Assembly: GCA_003649495.1 (NCBI GenBank)
Contig: QMRZ01000001.1
Span: forward strand, 1-35,666
DNA from: Thermoprotei archaeon
Lineage (GTDB): Archaea > Thermoproteota > Thermoprotei > Thermofilales > Thermofilaceae
Reading direction: 5' to 3'
Length of the DNA stretch: 35,666 bases
Shown one piece after another: positions 34,661 to 35,666 of the stretch. Position 1 is the first letter of the stretch; each line of letters starts with the position of its first letter. A program made the translations under genes and the position numbers. Below the pieces are notes generated by a model. It ran no database searches and was not told where the DNA came from. It worked only from the letters and a program-made list of their open reading frames with translations.

Positions 34661-35666
34661 CTAGCCCTTTATCATGCCGTATCCTATTAGGCGCCACCTG
34701 CCTCCTATCTGCCTGCTTATAGCTAGCTTCATCCCAGGATAGGCGGCGATGGGTATCCTTAGGAGCAGGTCGGCCTCATCCCCCCTTAGCCCTCTCACGA
34801 GGCCTATTGTTACTGCAGTGCCCACGTTGAGCATCAGTAGCTCGCCTCGCCTCAGTGGCTCCACCCTTATCTCCTTCTCGAGGCCCACTACCCGCTCGAG
34901 CAGGGAGTACTCCACCGTTATCTCGTGCAGAACGGGCGGCATAGAGCCGGGGCGCCCCACCACGTTCCCCATCATGTTGTCAGACTTAGTGACGCTGGGG
35001 TCGAGCTTGGTGCCGACACCTATAAGGCCTCCGGGGTAAGCAACTTCGAGATCCTGAGTACCGGACCTCAGGCTCACTATCTCGGTTATCACGGGCTCAT
35101 ACCTAACAGCTCCTCGCCTAGTCTCAACCTTTATGCCGGGCCTAATCTCTATCTCATCGCCCACCTCAAACTTACCCTGTATTATCATGCCCCCCAGCAC
35201 GCCGCCCTTAAGCTCGTCGACGGGGGTGCCGGGCTTATTTATATCAAAGCTCCTAGCCACGAGCATTAGCGGGGGCTTGTTCGGATCCCTCTTCGGGGTA
35301 GGGATGCACTCCTCAATAGCCCACACAACAGCGTCTATGTTTACCTTATGTAGGGCTGAGACAGGTATTATTGGCGCGTCTTCAGCCCACGTCCCTGCGA
35401 TGAATTCCTTTATCTCCTTGTAATTCTCCTTAGCTCTCTCCTTACTAACTATATCAATTTTATTCTGAACTATTACTATATTCCTAATTCCCGACAGCGT
35501 TAAAGCCATGAAGTGCTCTCTAGTCTGGGGGCGAGGGCAGGGCTGTGAGGAGTCTATGACGAAGAGCACTCCATCCATCAGCGCCGTGCCAGCCAGCATG
35601 ACCGCCATCAGCATTTCGTGGCCGGGGACGTCCACGAAGGATATCTTGCGCACAGGCTCAAGCTCG
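34661..35666 (-). CDS. eif2g: Translation initiation factor aIF2 gamma subunit (5' part beyond window)
   Basis: SFVDVPGHE, PQTREH, QNKID, PVSALH, RSFDINKPG and C-terminal RWRLIGYG. Confidence 0.97.
   Translation of the reverse strand, partial: ELEPVRKISFVDVPGHEMLMAVMLAGTALMDGVLFVIDSSQPCPRPQTREHFMALTLSGIRNIVIVQNKIDIVSKERAKENYKEIKEFIAGTWAEDAPIIPVSALHKVNIDAVVWAIEECIPTPKRDPNKPPLMLVARSFDINKPGTPVDELKGGVLGGMIIQGKFEVGDEIEIRPGIKVETRRGAVRYEPVITEIVSLRSGTQDLEVAYPGGLIGVGTKLDPSVTKSDNMMGNVVGRPGSMPPVLHEITVEYSLLERVVGLEKEIRVEPLRRGELLMLNVGTAVTIGLVRGLRGDEADLLLRIPIAAYPGMKLAISRQIGGRWRLIGYGMIKG

Overview
Gene-dense, GC-rich chromosomal segment from a hyperthermophilic archaeon, probably Thermoproteota (Thermofilaceae-like). 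This is inferred from gene content, TATA boxes with leaderless starts, a BHB tRNA intron and C/D guide RNAs. Housekeeping content: intron-containing tRNA-Thr(GGU), Clp1-type kinase, phi, XPD, Lrp proteins, carS, the nurA-herA-mre11-rad50 operon, an AmmeMemoRadiSam radical SAM enzyme, apgM, a SerK-like kinase, a THUMP protein, cdc6, rfcL/rfcS and a partial aIF2-gamma. Absent from the ORF track are the tRNA and three box C/D sRNA candidates, two with guides matching recalled rRNA consensus. Best novelty candidates: (1) a coupled operon wHTH -> degenerate RadA-like protein -> divergent RadA, with a GAACA-N3-TGTTC palindrome between TATA and start codon, possibly a repressor-controlled recombinase-paralogue module; (2) a 505-aa ACT-like/wHTH/ATP-cone x2/HEPN-like protein between serK and apgM; (3) a MoxR-vWA pair with a 4-Cys insert and an HHxxH pseudo-peptidase domain; (4) a tRNA intron largely antisense to its own 5' exon. 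The ORF track lists 29456..29956 on the minus strand, but it reads on the plus strand. All family calls come from motif recognition by eye; no searches were run.
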